NCBI RefSeq assembly: GCF_018350175.1
Contig: NC_058369.1
Location: forward strand, 14,322,001-14,386,000
Length of the DNA: 64,000 nucleotides
Origin: Felis catus
Lineage: Eukaryota
Direction: 5' to 3'
The notes beneath the pieces were generated by a model. The model saw nothing but the letters and a program-made list of their open reading frames with translations, was not told where the DNA came from and did no database searches. This document shows positions 16,908 through 48,231 of this stretch, piece by piece. The translations under genes and the position numbers were made by a program. Every line of letters starts with the position of its first letter. Position 1 is the first letter of the stretch.

Positions 16908-18075
16908 TCACGCCCTCTCCCCCAGCACGCGCAGGTGGTAGATGACAATTCGGCCAAAAAAGTCAGCGGCGTCCTCAAATGTCACCTTCAGCCGGTCCAC
17001 CTCGGCAACTGGCACAGGGAAGGTGTGAGCACAGGCAGTCAAGGGAAATAGGTAGTTCATCATTTCCCATGTGGCAGCCCCAGCTTAGACACCACCAGTG
17101 TGCTGGGTGACGGGCCACACTGTGAGCCCTTCTGGGGCTCTCACACAGAACCGGGTACCATCAGCTCATTTTATAGATGGAACAATGGAGGTCCAGAGCC
17201 CACTTGCTCAAGGTCACATACCAGGGCCCACGGCTTTCGGAGGCACAGACCACCACCCCCGCCCCTCCCCAGAGGCCCAGGAAGGATATCTGAAGTGAGT
17301 TGTTGTCCTCAGGGTAGAAGTCCACAATCTTGCTAAGAGCCTCATTCCCCTGGGAACCTGCAACAGAGAAAGGGGCAGGTTGTGAGGCTGGGGTGCCCTC
17401 TCCAAACCCCCACCTTCCAGAGCCCTCCCAGTACCTTCCAGGTGACCCCGGCGACTGGAGAAACCCCCCTGGAACTGGATCTGCAGCTGGGAGACACGGA
17501 TGCGCTGAGGAAACTCTAGTATCACCCACTGGGAGGGGCCCTGGAGACAGACAGGGAAACTGAGGCTCACAATCTGTCCAGGCTCAGACAGAGCCTGCTA
17601 TGTGTGTCTTATTCCCACAGTCGATGGGGGGAGAGGTGGTGCGAGGGGCAGCTGGCACTCGTTCCCTCCGTGACCAACTCTACTGTGCCCAGCTGGAGTG
17701 CTCCTTAGTTCTCAAGGCACCCCGGACTCCTGAATCTGATTCACAGGATGGGCGGAGGGTCCAGGGAGAGGTGCCTCACCTGGTCCGAGTTCCAGCACGT
17801 TTCCTCGTTCTGATCGAACAGATGCTTCTTTCCAAACTGCCGAGTGTTGCGATTCAGCACTGAACTCACCCTGGAGGCACCAGAATAAGAGCGAAAAGAC
17901 TGGCTAAACCCAGCGCCGATGTCCCGCCCACCGGTGGGCCCGCCCCCTCCTCGCCTCCAGCTTACCCCGGCACCCCCAGCTCGGTTAACCCCGGGCTCAA
18001 GGGCCACGCCCGCCACTGCCCGTCCCCAGGGTCTCACCTGCTCACTGTCTCTGGACAAACCAAAGAGTGGGTCAT
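16908..18075 (-). CDS. NR2C2AP: Nuclear receptor 2C2-associated protein (TRA16), 139 aa, 5 coding exons; last intron is U12 AT-AC
   Basis: Exons complement(18038-18075, 17780-17870, 17435-17540, 17290-17357, 16908-17024) = 420 nt. MTHSLVCPETVSRVSSVLNRNTRQFGKKHLFDQNEETCWNSDQGPSQW...FYPEDNNSLQ|TFPVPVAEVDRLKVTFEDAADFFGRIVIYHLRVLGERA*. Confidence 0.96.
17025..17289 (-). other. NR2C2AP: U12-type (minor spliceosome) AT-AC intron of NR2C2AP
   Basis: On the minus strand: 5'ss CAG|ATATCCTTC; branch site TTCCCTTGAC (17047-17038); 3' end CTCAC|ACC. These boundaries restore the reading frame. Confidence 0.93.
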
Positions 18076-18440
18076 CTCGGCTCCACAAAGCCTCGCAGGG
18101 CTCAGCCGGTGTAGCCGGTGTGCGTATTCCGACGCCAACGCAGCCACAGCCGTTCGACCTTGACCACGCCTCAGAGTCTACAAAGGTTTCAAAGAAACTG
18201 CCGTGACCCGCGGCTAGATTCTCACAGCAGGTTCAAGTAAGGGAAACAGGTTTCCTGTGGGTTTCCGGGGGTCGCTCGGACTCCGAGCTTCAGTCTCTGC
18301 GAACAGCGCCGAGAACCAGAGCAGGACCCGGAACCACGAGGACACCGCGCAAGCGCACTGTGACTCAGACCTGCCCCTCCCTTGCTCTCAGGGCAGGCGG
18401 CAATTTGAACCCCGCCCCTCCGCGCCCGCCTCTTAAAGGG
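17900..18440 (-). promoter_or_regulatory. NR2C2AP CpG-island promoter / exon 1 region
   Basis: CpG-rich around the ATG; CGCGCAAGCGCA near 18346; GC boxes near 18409-18430. Confidence 0.65.
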
Positions 18441-19033
18441 CCTTCATCCAGTGCTGAGTTTTCTTTTGGAGCTGGAGGAAGAAGGGAGGCACCTGAAAGA
18501 ATTGTTTGCCAAGTTGTGTGCGGGGCGCCGTCTTCTGGTGCCTGCGGGTATAGAGCAGGGTATAGGGTATAGGAAGTCTGAGAGACTTCCTATAACGATA
18601 TCTCCCTACCTGGGGAAGTCAGCCAAAACCCATTCCGTAACTGCTAATGCTGCCGAGCGCTTCATTGCCTCCCAGGGACCAAAGGAAGAGTTGAGAAAGA
18701 GGCCACGATGAGCGAGTCTTCGTCAGCCTCGTGTATCCCGAATGCAACACAAGAGGCTTAGCCTCCAAATCTTTCTTCCTAGTAAACGCTGCCTGGGACA
18801 GGCTTCATGGAGGAGGGGGCGTGGGAAGTGGGTTTTGAAGGATGAACTGGGGGGAAGGAGGGGGTTGGCCAAACCAGATTGCACAAAGGCTAAAGATTTG
18901 GTTCACTGATTCACTAAACAAGAATTCACTCCCTGCTGCCCAGCCCTGTGCTGGGTGGTGCTGGGGACTGTGAGAAGCCTCAGCGAGAAGCCTCCTCCAT
19001 ACCTGAGGAGCCCTCAATTTTGGTAAGACAGAG

Positions 19034-19035
<2 letters not shown>

Positions 19036-19073
<38 letters not shown>
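19036..19073 (+). repeat. (AC)n microsatellite
   Basis: Read directly. Confidence 0.95.
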
Positions 19074-19076
<3 letters not shown>

Positions 19077-20128
19077 TCCATGCAGTCAGGGCTGAGCCAG
19101 ACATAGGGCTGGGAGACCAGAGGCTCTACCTGGAGGAAGGGCTTCCTGGGATAGGGGATCTTGTGTCTGTACCTTAGTGGGTGGGCAGGAATTCATCAGG
19201 GTAAGAAAAATGGGGGGGAGATTTGTCCAGCAGGGAAAACAGCATAAGTAAAGGCCTGGTTGGGTGAAAGACCATGAATCTGAATAAAATATGTGAAGCA
19301 AAACCCTGCTGAGCCTGAAGGTGTTTGAGAAAGGGCAAGACACCATCCCATCTGCATGAATGGAGGGTTCTGGGACAAACAGCTACTGGCAGAAGGCTGC
19401 GGGTTCCTGGCTTTAGCTGAATGGTCTAGAATCCAGCCCCTTTCTTCAAGGGCTAGGGGAATGGTTCTCCTGACATCCTGCTAGCATCTTCCCAAGCCCA
19501 CTCCAGTAAGGGGGTGGGGGTGGGCTGGCTGGGAAACTGGGACACCACCGGAAGGGCTGCCCCATCAGCCCCTGCCTGCCAGGACTTCCTGCATTCAGTC
19601 ATGGCCTGGTGCCATCTAGACCTGGCTCTGCTGGTCTCAGTGCTGGGGCCAGGACTGCGGATGGCAGAAAAGACCTCTTTACCCCCAGAGGGAGGTGGGA
19701 AAAGCATGGACCCTGGAGGGTCCAGATCCAGTTTAAATCCTGGCTGGGTCACTCACTTACTGGCCATGTGATCTTGGACAAGCACGTTGACCTTTCTGGG
19801 CCTCAATTCCTTCATCCGTGAAATGGAGGGAATTCTGTTTATAGGACTGCTGGAGAATTTGGTGGGCTCTTTGGGCGGACACATAACAACAGTGGCTGAC
19901 CTTTGTTGAGAGCCCACCTTGTGATTGACTTGAAACCACATTTTGCTGGTTGTTCATCCACTGGTTTGTTGAACTTGCTGTGCTGGTCCATGTCACTTCC
20001 ATTTTATAGCTGAGGATATACATACCCAATGTCCCCCAGGGAGGATATTCATGGCCTTAGCCACCCCCCCCCCCACCAGCGCCACTCCTGGTCTTGGCAT
20101 GGAGCCACCTTGCCCACTGGTATGAGGC

Positions 20129-20260
20129 NNNNNNNNNNNNNNNNNNNNNNNNNNNNNNNNNNNNNNNNNNNNNNNNNNNNNNNNNNNNNNNNNNNNNNNN
20201 NNNNNNNNNNNNNNNNNNNNNNNNNNNNNNNNNNNNNNNNNNNNNNNNNNNNNNNNNNNN
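20129..20260. other. Assembly gap (N run)
   Basis: 132 N. Confidence 1.
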
Positions 20261-22355
20261 GTGAGGAAAGACCAGGCACTCCCTCCCCACCCCCCCCCTC
20301 ACCCAGAGGATGGAGGAGAGGAAGCTCTGGAAGAGCCAGGAGCTGCAACCCTGGTTCACTGAGGGAAACTGAGGCACAGAAAAGCAAAATCATTTGGCTA
20401 AGTTCATCCAGGGGGAGAAGGATTCAAATCCCAATCTGACTCTGGCGTTCTCTCCATGGGCTGAGTTTTGCACTTGTCAAAAGAGGCAATAGAGGCTCAG
20501 AGAGAGTCAGGTATTTGCTGAAGTCACACAGCAAGTATGGGTCAGCAGGGACTCTCCCTGGGGATGCAGCCCCACCCATGGCAAAACCCAGATCCCACTT
20601 CTCATGTGTTTGTTATGCGGGAGCAGGGCAGGGAAAGGTCTTCAGATAGCTTCAAGCCTTGGTTCCCTCTGGGGGATCAGTGTAATGATTGCCTCAAGGC
20701 TCCAGCCTGGAGAGTATGTGGGGGTGGATGTGACAGTTCCGTGACTCGTAGCCCCCAGTGGGGCAGGTCCAGGCCTGATTTTTCTGCCAGGGTCTGCCTG
20801 GGTTCAACAGGGCCCACCTCAGAGGAGATGGATGCCAGCTGGACTTGTCAGTCCTGGGACGGTGCAAACCTGGGAGCCTGGGCAAGTGGAGGTGACAGTA
20901 GAAGCAGGGGTGGTGGCGGTGGCCAGGCATCCTGGAGGTGATCTCATCAGGGGACCCCCCCCCCCAGGGCCACTACAGGGGGAGTGATGAATGGTGAGCA
21001 TGAGTGGCTGTGTTGTGAGGTTGGACCCAGGAGGACTATATGTCTCCGTGTTGGTGCCCGTGTGCCCAGCGATCATAGTTGGGTGCTAGCTGCCTGTAGA
21101 TGTGCCCACAGCTGTAAACATGGTTGAGTGTGAACAATGTGGGGCACATGTGGGCTTGTTTGTGACTGCCAGGAAGGCCAAGGTACTGCAGGGCATGTAT
21201 TCGACCATGAAGGGACTAGAGGTGCGGTTTGAATCACAGCTGCGAGTTTGGTTGTGCAAGAGGCATGACGTGTGTGCAGCCACATGAGGTCGTATGTGGT
21301 CTGTGTGACTTACGTGTGGCCTTGTCTCATGTGGTTGTATATAAACCACCTGTGCGCTCACTGTGGGCCTGGGATGTGACTGTGGGTTAGTGGTTTGTTG
21401 GGGTCATCGTGTGACACACGTGAATGCGGTTGCATGTGTCACGGCCGTGTGTCACCTTGAGTATGTTAAGAGGCGCTTTGGAGGGACACTGTCCACCCTT
21501 GAGATCCAGCTCTCCTGGTGGGTCCAGCCTCCCTGCTCCTGCTCTGGCCCACTAGCCCCCTCCCTTGCTCCATCCCCCAACTTGCTTCTCAGCCCCTGGC
21601 CTGGGCCCCAGTGTGGGGGGCACAGAGAAGGCACTCAGGGCTGGCAGGGGGTGGCTCACCCAATCCCAGTGCAGGCCTATAAATAGCTCTTTGAGCCCAG
21701 CAGATTCCCAGGCAAGGTTGCCTCATTCAAGCCCCCAGCAACAGCCTGCCTCCCCCAACGCCCTGGGCCCCAGGCCAGCCCCTCTAAGCTCAGCCCTGGC
21801 GCTGGCCAGGGGGACCTAGGGGTGGAGAGGAGGGGGTAGAGAGAGGTGGGGGCAGTCAGGAGTGGGGGTCAGCTTGGCTCTGAGGCCATGAACCTAGACT
21901 CCCACTTGACCAGTACCTATACTGTACAACCTCAGGCAGGTGGTCCTGTGCCTCTGAGCCTCAGTTTCTCCAGCTGGAAAATGGGCAGCAGCATGATAGT
22001 AGCTTATAGTGTTTACTTCCTGTTTCATTCTCCCAGCAACCCTGTAAGATGGGGAGTCTTAATTATCCTCCTTTTTTAGACAGGGAAACTGAGGCACAGA
22101 AAGACAAAATGGCTGGTCCAGAGTCACTCTGTTAGGAGTGGAAGGTTTGAGCCCTGAACGTGTGGAAACAAAGCTGCCTGGATCCCTTACACATGACACA
22201 ATGCGACCCCGGACCCCCGGCTCCCCCACCCTAACCAATGCTACCACAATCACCCCCTCACCCAGCCTGTCAACTGTGGACACTCATGTCAATGTGATCC
22301 CTGCTTTCCTCTGTGATGAGGACTGAACAGTAAGCATAGCTCCCCAGTGTATCAC

Positions 22356-22567
22356 TTTTTTTTTAAAGTTTATTTATGGATTGGGGGGGGTATATGTGCC
22401 CGTGTAGGAGTAGGGGAAGGGCAGAGAGAGGCCAGAGAGAATCCCAAGCAGGTTCCAAGCTGTCAGTGCAGAGCCCAGTGTGGGGCTGGATCCCACAAAC
22501 CACGAGATGATGACCTGAGCCGAAATCAAGAGTGAGATGCTTAACTGACTGAACCACCAGGTACCCC
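22356..22567 (-). mobile_element. Can-SINE
   Basis: Reverse SINE body; TSD CCCCAGTGT(A/G)TCACTTT. Confidence 0.85.
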
Positions 22568-22719
22568 CTCCCCCACCCCAGTGTGTCACTTTGGCCCCTA
22601 GAGCCATCACTGCCCAGTGCATCCCATCCTCAGCTGAGAGACAAAAACCCTGGGAAGGAAGGTGGGGGAAAGGCTGATCTCTTTAAGCTTTTGTCCCCAC
22701 TCATTTCCATTATTTCCAG

Positions 22720-23095
22720 CTTTCATTGCGGTAAAGCACACAGAACACAAAGTTTACCATTCTAAAGTGTACAATCCAGGGGCATTAATTATATTAACAT
22801 CACTCTGCAACCCTCACCACTATCTAGTTCTAGAACATTTTCGTCATCCCCAAAGGGAACCCAGTACCCACTTGCAGTCACTCTCTATTCCCCTTCTCCC
22901 CATCCCTGATAAATACCCATCTACTTTCTGCCTCTGGATTTGTCCGTTCGAAACATGTCACATAAATTGAACCGCCCTGTGGCCTTTTGTGTCTGGCTTC
23001 TTTCAATCAGCGTAATGTTTTCGAGGTTCACCCATGTTTAGGGGGCGTTAGTACCCCATCCCTTTTCATGGCTGAATAATATTCCATCGTGTGGC
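22720..23095 (-). mobile_element. Old L1M fragment
   Basis: AGAACATTTTCGTCATCCCCAAAGG and ATGGCTGAATAATATTCCAT motifs. Confidence 0.7.
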
Positions 23096-23539
23096 TCTAG
23101 ACTTTTTAAGGTGGCGGTCTCCCTGCGAAGACACACACGTGCCCCCTGCCCAAAGCAAAAATATTCCTGTGACAGCAGGACTCCACAGTCAGTGCTCCAC
23201 AAATGCCGACTGGATCAAGGAATGAATGAAGAGAATGCCATGTTTTGGCTGCAGGCTGCCCCTGGTGGAGACGGCTCCAGGGTGCGACACATCTGGGCTC
23301 CAACGCTGGGAGTCTCTTACCAGCTGTGTGACCCAGCGATCTTCCTTTCCTCTCTGAGCCTCAGCCTCCTTTCTCTACACGGGCTAAAACAGCAACTGTG
23401 GCCCAAACTGCTTCAAGTGTGAGCCCTAGAAAGGCAGGCAGCCCAGGGTTGGAATCCCAGCTCTGCCCGTCCCCTATGCGTGACTCTGGGAGCTATTTCG
23501 TCTCCCCGAGGCTCAGTTTCCACGTCTGTGAGGTGGGAC

Positions 23540-23780
23540 AGGCCCCCCGCGGGGCGTCTGGGAACATTTAATGTGACTCTTGGGGCAAATGGGCGAACGC
23601 GCGGGAAATCAGACGTCGTCTTCCCCTGGGTGGGGTGAGAGGTGGAAGAAGTGGGGAGGGGGGTTTTAGGTAGGGAGAGCCCCCCTCCCTCGCGCCGCCG
23701 GAGGCCTCCAGCAGGCAGGGGCGCATGCGCAGAGCAGCCCCGCGGCCCCTTTATAAGCGCTGAGGCGGCTCTGGGGCGAG
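23540..23780 (+). promoter_or_regulatory. NCAN promoter
   Basis: CpG island with GCGCATGCGCA (NRF1 consensus) at 23721-23731 and TATA-like TTTATAA at 23750-23756. Confidence 0.75.
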
Positions 23781-23882
23781 CGGAGCGCAGGGCGCAGGGG
23801 CTGGACCCGGCGCGAACAAGACAAGCCGGAGCGTCCTTTGTGCCGGGCGACCGCCCCGGGATGCGTCCGAGCTAGGAGTCAG
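23780..23882 (+). other. NCAN: NCAN non-coding exon 1 (start approximate)
   Basis: Lies in a CpG island just downstream of TTTATAA (23750-23756); donor CAG|GTGGGG at 23882/3. Confidence 0.7.
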
Positions 23883-25098
23883 GTGGGGGGTCCGTCGTGG
23901 GGAGGGGGCCGCGTTGGGGGAGAGATCCGCGGAATTAGAGACGAGCACGAGATTGGGGAGGGGGCCTGGGATCAGAGAGAAGCCCCCAGAACAGGGAGGG
24001 GGGCTGAGAGGGGGAGGGGAGACCCAGGTTAGGAAGAGAACGCAAACTGGAGGGCGCTTGGGAATGTCAGGGGGACTCGGATTTGGGGGTCAATCCTTGG
24101 GTTGTCCGGAGAATGCGGAGACGATTCCAAGGTGGGGAGGGGGCCGGGCTGGGGGTGGGTCTCAGAATTGGGGAGGGGGCACTGGGAACCAAGGCTAAGG
24201 GAAGACACACCGAGTTTAGAGAGAAGAGGGGGACATCCAGATGCTATATGGGGGGGGGCTCCATAACTGGGCATCCCGGTATCTGAGCTGAGGCACCCAG
24301 GATTTTAAGTGGGGATTCCCAATTTGCAGATGAATGGAGGAATCCAGGCTGGACTGCAGCGGGGAAGGGGGCCCTCCAGGTTAGCCTGAGTCCGATGGAA
24401 GGGGGGTCTTCCCTGAGTGTGAACAGCAGTGGGGAAGGGGCGCCCTACAGTCTCCCTCTTCTTTTGGCCCAGGTCCTGTCACCACATCCTGATTCAGGGA
24501 GGAGGTTCTGGGGCGGGGGGGGGGGGTGCTCCATCCCAAGGTGGTCCTTGTTCTTCCCTTGGACTTGGAGTTGGGGTGGTGTCTCTTCTCCCAGGGAGCA
24601 CACCGGGTCTCCCAGGTGAATGTTGGGTGTGAGTCCCTAAAACCCCAGTTAGAATCCCTAGGACCCATGAGGGGCACCCAGTCCAAAGAGGGGGGCCGCT
24701 CCCAGCACCTCCATATCTGACTGTGTCCTCACAGAGGGACACAGACTCTTGCCTCACCCCTTCAGTTCCATCTGCCCATATGGATGCTTGTGAAAGTCCT
24801 GGCTTGGTTTGGGGGCACAGGCACCGGGAAGTAGGGGGCTGGGATCCCGGGCCCAGCCTGGGCAGGAACGACCGACCCCCATTTCTGTGCACGGGGCTTT
24901 GTTCCTCTCAGCAGCATTAATGGGAGACAGCCAGGACAAGGAGAGGGTTGGCGCTGGGCCCCAGCGGGGGACGTGGGGGAAGGGCAAGGAGGGAGGGGTG
25001 GGCAGATCATGGGACCTCAGAACCCAGCAGCCTCGCTGGCTTGTGGACATTCGCAAATGGAAGGTGCCTCCCCCCCACCCCCCGCCAGAGGCAGGGGC

Positions 25099-25100
<2 letters not shown>

Positions 25101-25140
<40 letters not shown>
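25101..25140 (+). repeat. (TG)20 microsatellite
   Basis: Read directly. Confidence 0.95.
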
Positions 25141-25142
<2 letters not shown>

Positions 25143-26041
25143 TACCCCATGCTGAGAGAGGTTGTGTGTCCATGGGGAGTCTGGGGTCCTCTGTGAGTCT
25201 AATGCGACTGAGGTTGTGTCTTTGTCAGGAAACTTGTGGCAGGGGCCACATCACCAGGTGGCAAAATGATGTGTGCCCACCAGTCACCAAGGCCACATTT
25301 ATCCAGCCTGGTCTGTGCCAGGGGCTGGCATCACCATGTGTGAGTGTCTGTGAGAAACTGTGTCTGACGGTATGGCCTCATCGAGGGGTTTATATGGGGA
25401 GGCTCAGACTGTGGGTGTGTGTCTTTGTGCAGAAGACATGCTGCCTGCCTTGTAAGTGCCCATATTGTCTCTCTTTGTTAATGTCACTGTGAATCTGTGT
25501 GTGCGCGCGTGTCTCCCAGGCTCTGAGTCTGGGGTTGTGTGGCTGCATGTACAGCAAGGGGCTCCTCTCCATGTGATTGGCAGTGTGGACCCTAAGCATG
25601 GGGGTGTGAGATATGGTCTTTGTGCAGAGTTGGGGTGCTAATAGGGGAGATGTTGGGGTTCAGGTCCCCAAAGGGCATCCCGAGATGGTTTACTGAGCCT
25701 GGCTTCAGTTCTCCTCTGAGGAGTTCCACGATCATGCCCATACACACAAATATGCCCTGACTCCGAGGCCAGAAACAGACACATGTGCTTACGGCCCCTG
25801 CGGAGGGGCACTTGGACCCACACATCCAGAGACCACAGTGGGTCCCCTATGCTCCACGCAGCGCACAGAGCTGCTGCACACCGATGCACACATCCACACA
25901 TCACAGGGCACAACTTCACATCCTTGCCTGGACACAGCACCCCGACACACACACCCAGGCACACAAAAATGCCTGCTGGCCAACACACCCACATTCAGTG
26001 CCCACTGAGACAGGAGGTGGGTCAGAGGGAGGGACAGGGAC

Positions 26042-26045
<4 letters not shown>

Positions 26046-26075
<30 letters not shown>
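26046..26075 (+). repeat. (AC)15 microsatellite
   Basis: Read directly. Confidence 0.95.
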
Positions 26076-26078
<3 letters not shown>

Positions 26079-26485
26079 CCTTCAGCACCGCCCCTCCTCC
26101 AATGCCCCACAGGCCCCTGTTGCATATGCATGAGGCTTATGCATTATTCATGAGGGGGCAAGCCCCAGACAGCTGTGTAAATGCTCACCTCTGGCTGCTC
26201 TAGGGAGGAAGTATTTTAAGAGAAGGGGTGTGGGTGTGTGAGGGTGCAAGCGGAGGGAACAGAGTGCCTCTGGGAGGGTATGTGTGTGCGGGGGAGGGTG
26301 CACCTGAAACTGTCACTGTGTTGGATCACCTCTGTACATTTGCATGTGTACATGAGGCTTTGTATACAAAAAGCTGATTTTTTAATTTAACATTTCTAGC
26401 ACCCCAGAAGTCTTTGCTCATCCCATCCTCACCGTAAATGAAGCAACCTGTCTAGGGTCATACAATGTATAGAAAGAGGCAGAGC

Positions 26486-26578
26486 TTTTTTTTTAATTTT
26501 AAATAAATTTGGGGTTTGAACTCATGACCCTGAGATCAAGAGTCACATGCTCCTCCAACTGAGCCAGCCAGGTGCCCC
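26486..26578 (-). mobile_element. Short Can-SINE
   Basis: Reverse head GAGCCAGCCAGGTGCCCC. Confidence 0.75.
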
Positions 26579-26952
26579 TGAATGTAGTCTGTCCTTTTAA
26601 CCATACAAAGTGTGTGCGTACGTGTGTGTGTGTGTGTGTGTGTGTGTATGAATTCTGTGAACTCACCCCCTCCTAAGGTCCTCCTCGTCAGGCCTTGTAC
26701 AGCCATCAGAGGATCCTGCACTTGTTCAGGATTCCAAGGGGGAGAAATGAGGACAGCCGGGAATGGAGGCAGAAGTTGCTGAGGTTTACAGGTTGGTAGT
26801 TGGGGGCACCATCCCGAGGTCTGGCCTCTGATCCGCTGTGCAGCCCTAGGCAAACTGCTAGCCCTCTCTGGGTCCCAGGTGAAGCTGTGGTGCCGCTGCC
26901 AGAGGAAGACAAGGAGACCAAGTGGGCATGTCATTGCTTTGCCTCCCTAGAG

Positions 26953-26973
26953 TTCAGCACCACGGATAGGGCC
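26953..26973 (+). promoter_or_regulatory. RE1/NRSE (REST binding site) in NCAN intron 1
   Basis: TTCAGCACCACGGATAGGGCC matches the consensus TTCAGCACCACGGACAGCGCC at 19 of 21 positions. Confidence 0.8.
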
Positions 26974-27738
26974 CCGGCTGGCCTCCCAGTAGGGACTCTG
27001 GGAGCAGGGAAAGAGCACTGGGAATGGGACCAGCTTTCCTCCACAGCCCCCATGCTGGATGCTATCTACACTCCCCTCCTCAGGGCTATTCTTTTATTGG
27101 GGGAGGCTGCAAGAGTTAGATTTTTAGAGGATGCCCTAACTTGCCATCTGTCCCCACCTCCTGAGCCCCAGTGAGGGGAGTGGTACAGAGGGGCTGTGAG
27201 GCTTTGGGGAGGGACTATCTCCCCAGAGTTTCTGGTCTCTGGAAGAATGTGAGGCCTGGGAGGGCACGGCTGTGTCCCGGTGCCTGGATTGGGCCTTACA
27301 GTTGGCACTCAGTAATTGTCCATTTTATGTCTGAGGGCCACAACCCCTATAGAAGGCTGGACCCACAACTGGAGTTTCTCTGTGGACCTAGGAGGCATCT
27401 TTGCCAGGTGGTATGAAGTCAGGAGGAGGGTGGGGTGGGCAGGGGTGAGGCCCCTTCCTCCAGCTGGGACTTGGCAGCTTCTCAAAAATCCCGGAAACCA
27501 AGAATAGAATCTTGGCGACAACCAAATCCTGGAATTGAAGCTGAGAATCGTGTCAGTCAGCAAACCCAGATTAAAGGCTGGCTTGGAGGCCAGCCTACTG
27601 CGAGGACTGGGGACCTCAGGCTGACTGGGACTGGCTACTGCCCTCCTGGAATCCTAGTCTTATGGGTGAGGCCAACATGAAAGATGGGATTTTGATCTTG
27701 GCTGTGTTAAGGTCAATAATAGTAGTAACAACAGCTCA

Positions 27739-27846
27739 GGGGCACCCGGCTGGCTCAATCAGAAGAGCATGTGGCCCTTGATCTTAGGGTTGTGAGTTCG
27801 AGTCCCACGTTGGGCATAGAGATTAAATAAATACATTTTTTAAAAA
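27739..27846 (+). mobile_element. Short Can-SINE
   Basis: Head GGGGCACCCGGCTGGCTCA; TSD AACAGCTCA. Confidence 0.8.
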
Positions 27847-28286
27847 ACAGCTCAAATCTATTCTTTCATGCCAGGCAGTTCTAGGCATTTTGTACATATT
27901 GACTGTATTTACCCATCTATTCCTTCCAACTACCTGATGTTATCCCTAGCTAACCTACAAAGAAACTGAGGCACAGAGAAGCTAATCTACTTGTTGAAGG
28001 TCACACAGCAAGGAACAGGCAGATAGACAATACCAGGTCTGATTCTCTTTAACACCCTTACTTCTGACTGTGAAACTTCACTGCTGGGATTCTCAAGTCA
28101 GTCGGTCCTGGGTTTGGATCCTGGGTTAACCCTTGCTTGCTGACTGTGTGACGTTGAGTGACACGTTAGCCTCTCTGAGTCTGTTTCTAGGTCTGTAGAA
28201 TGGGGAGACTTGGTCCTTCCACACTAACTGGGTGGGTTGTACTCACCCCCATTCTCCCTCTGTCTCCATCTTTTTCCAGGTCCAGG

Positions 28287-48231
<19,945 letters not shown>

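Noticed and set aside
20029-20439. ORFs spanning N runs (also 42053-42457)
   Set aside because: Artefacts of assembly gaps.
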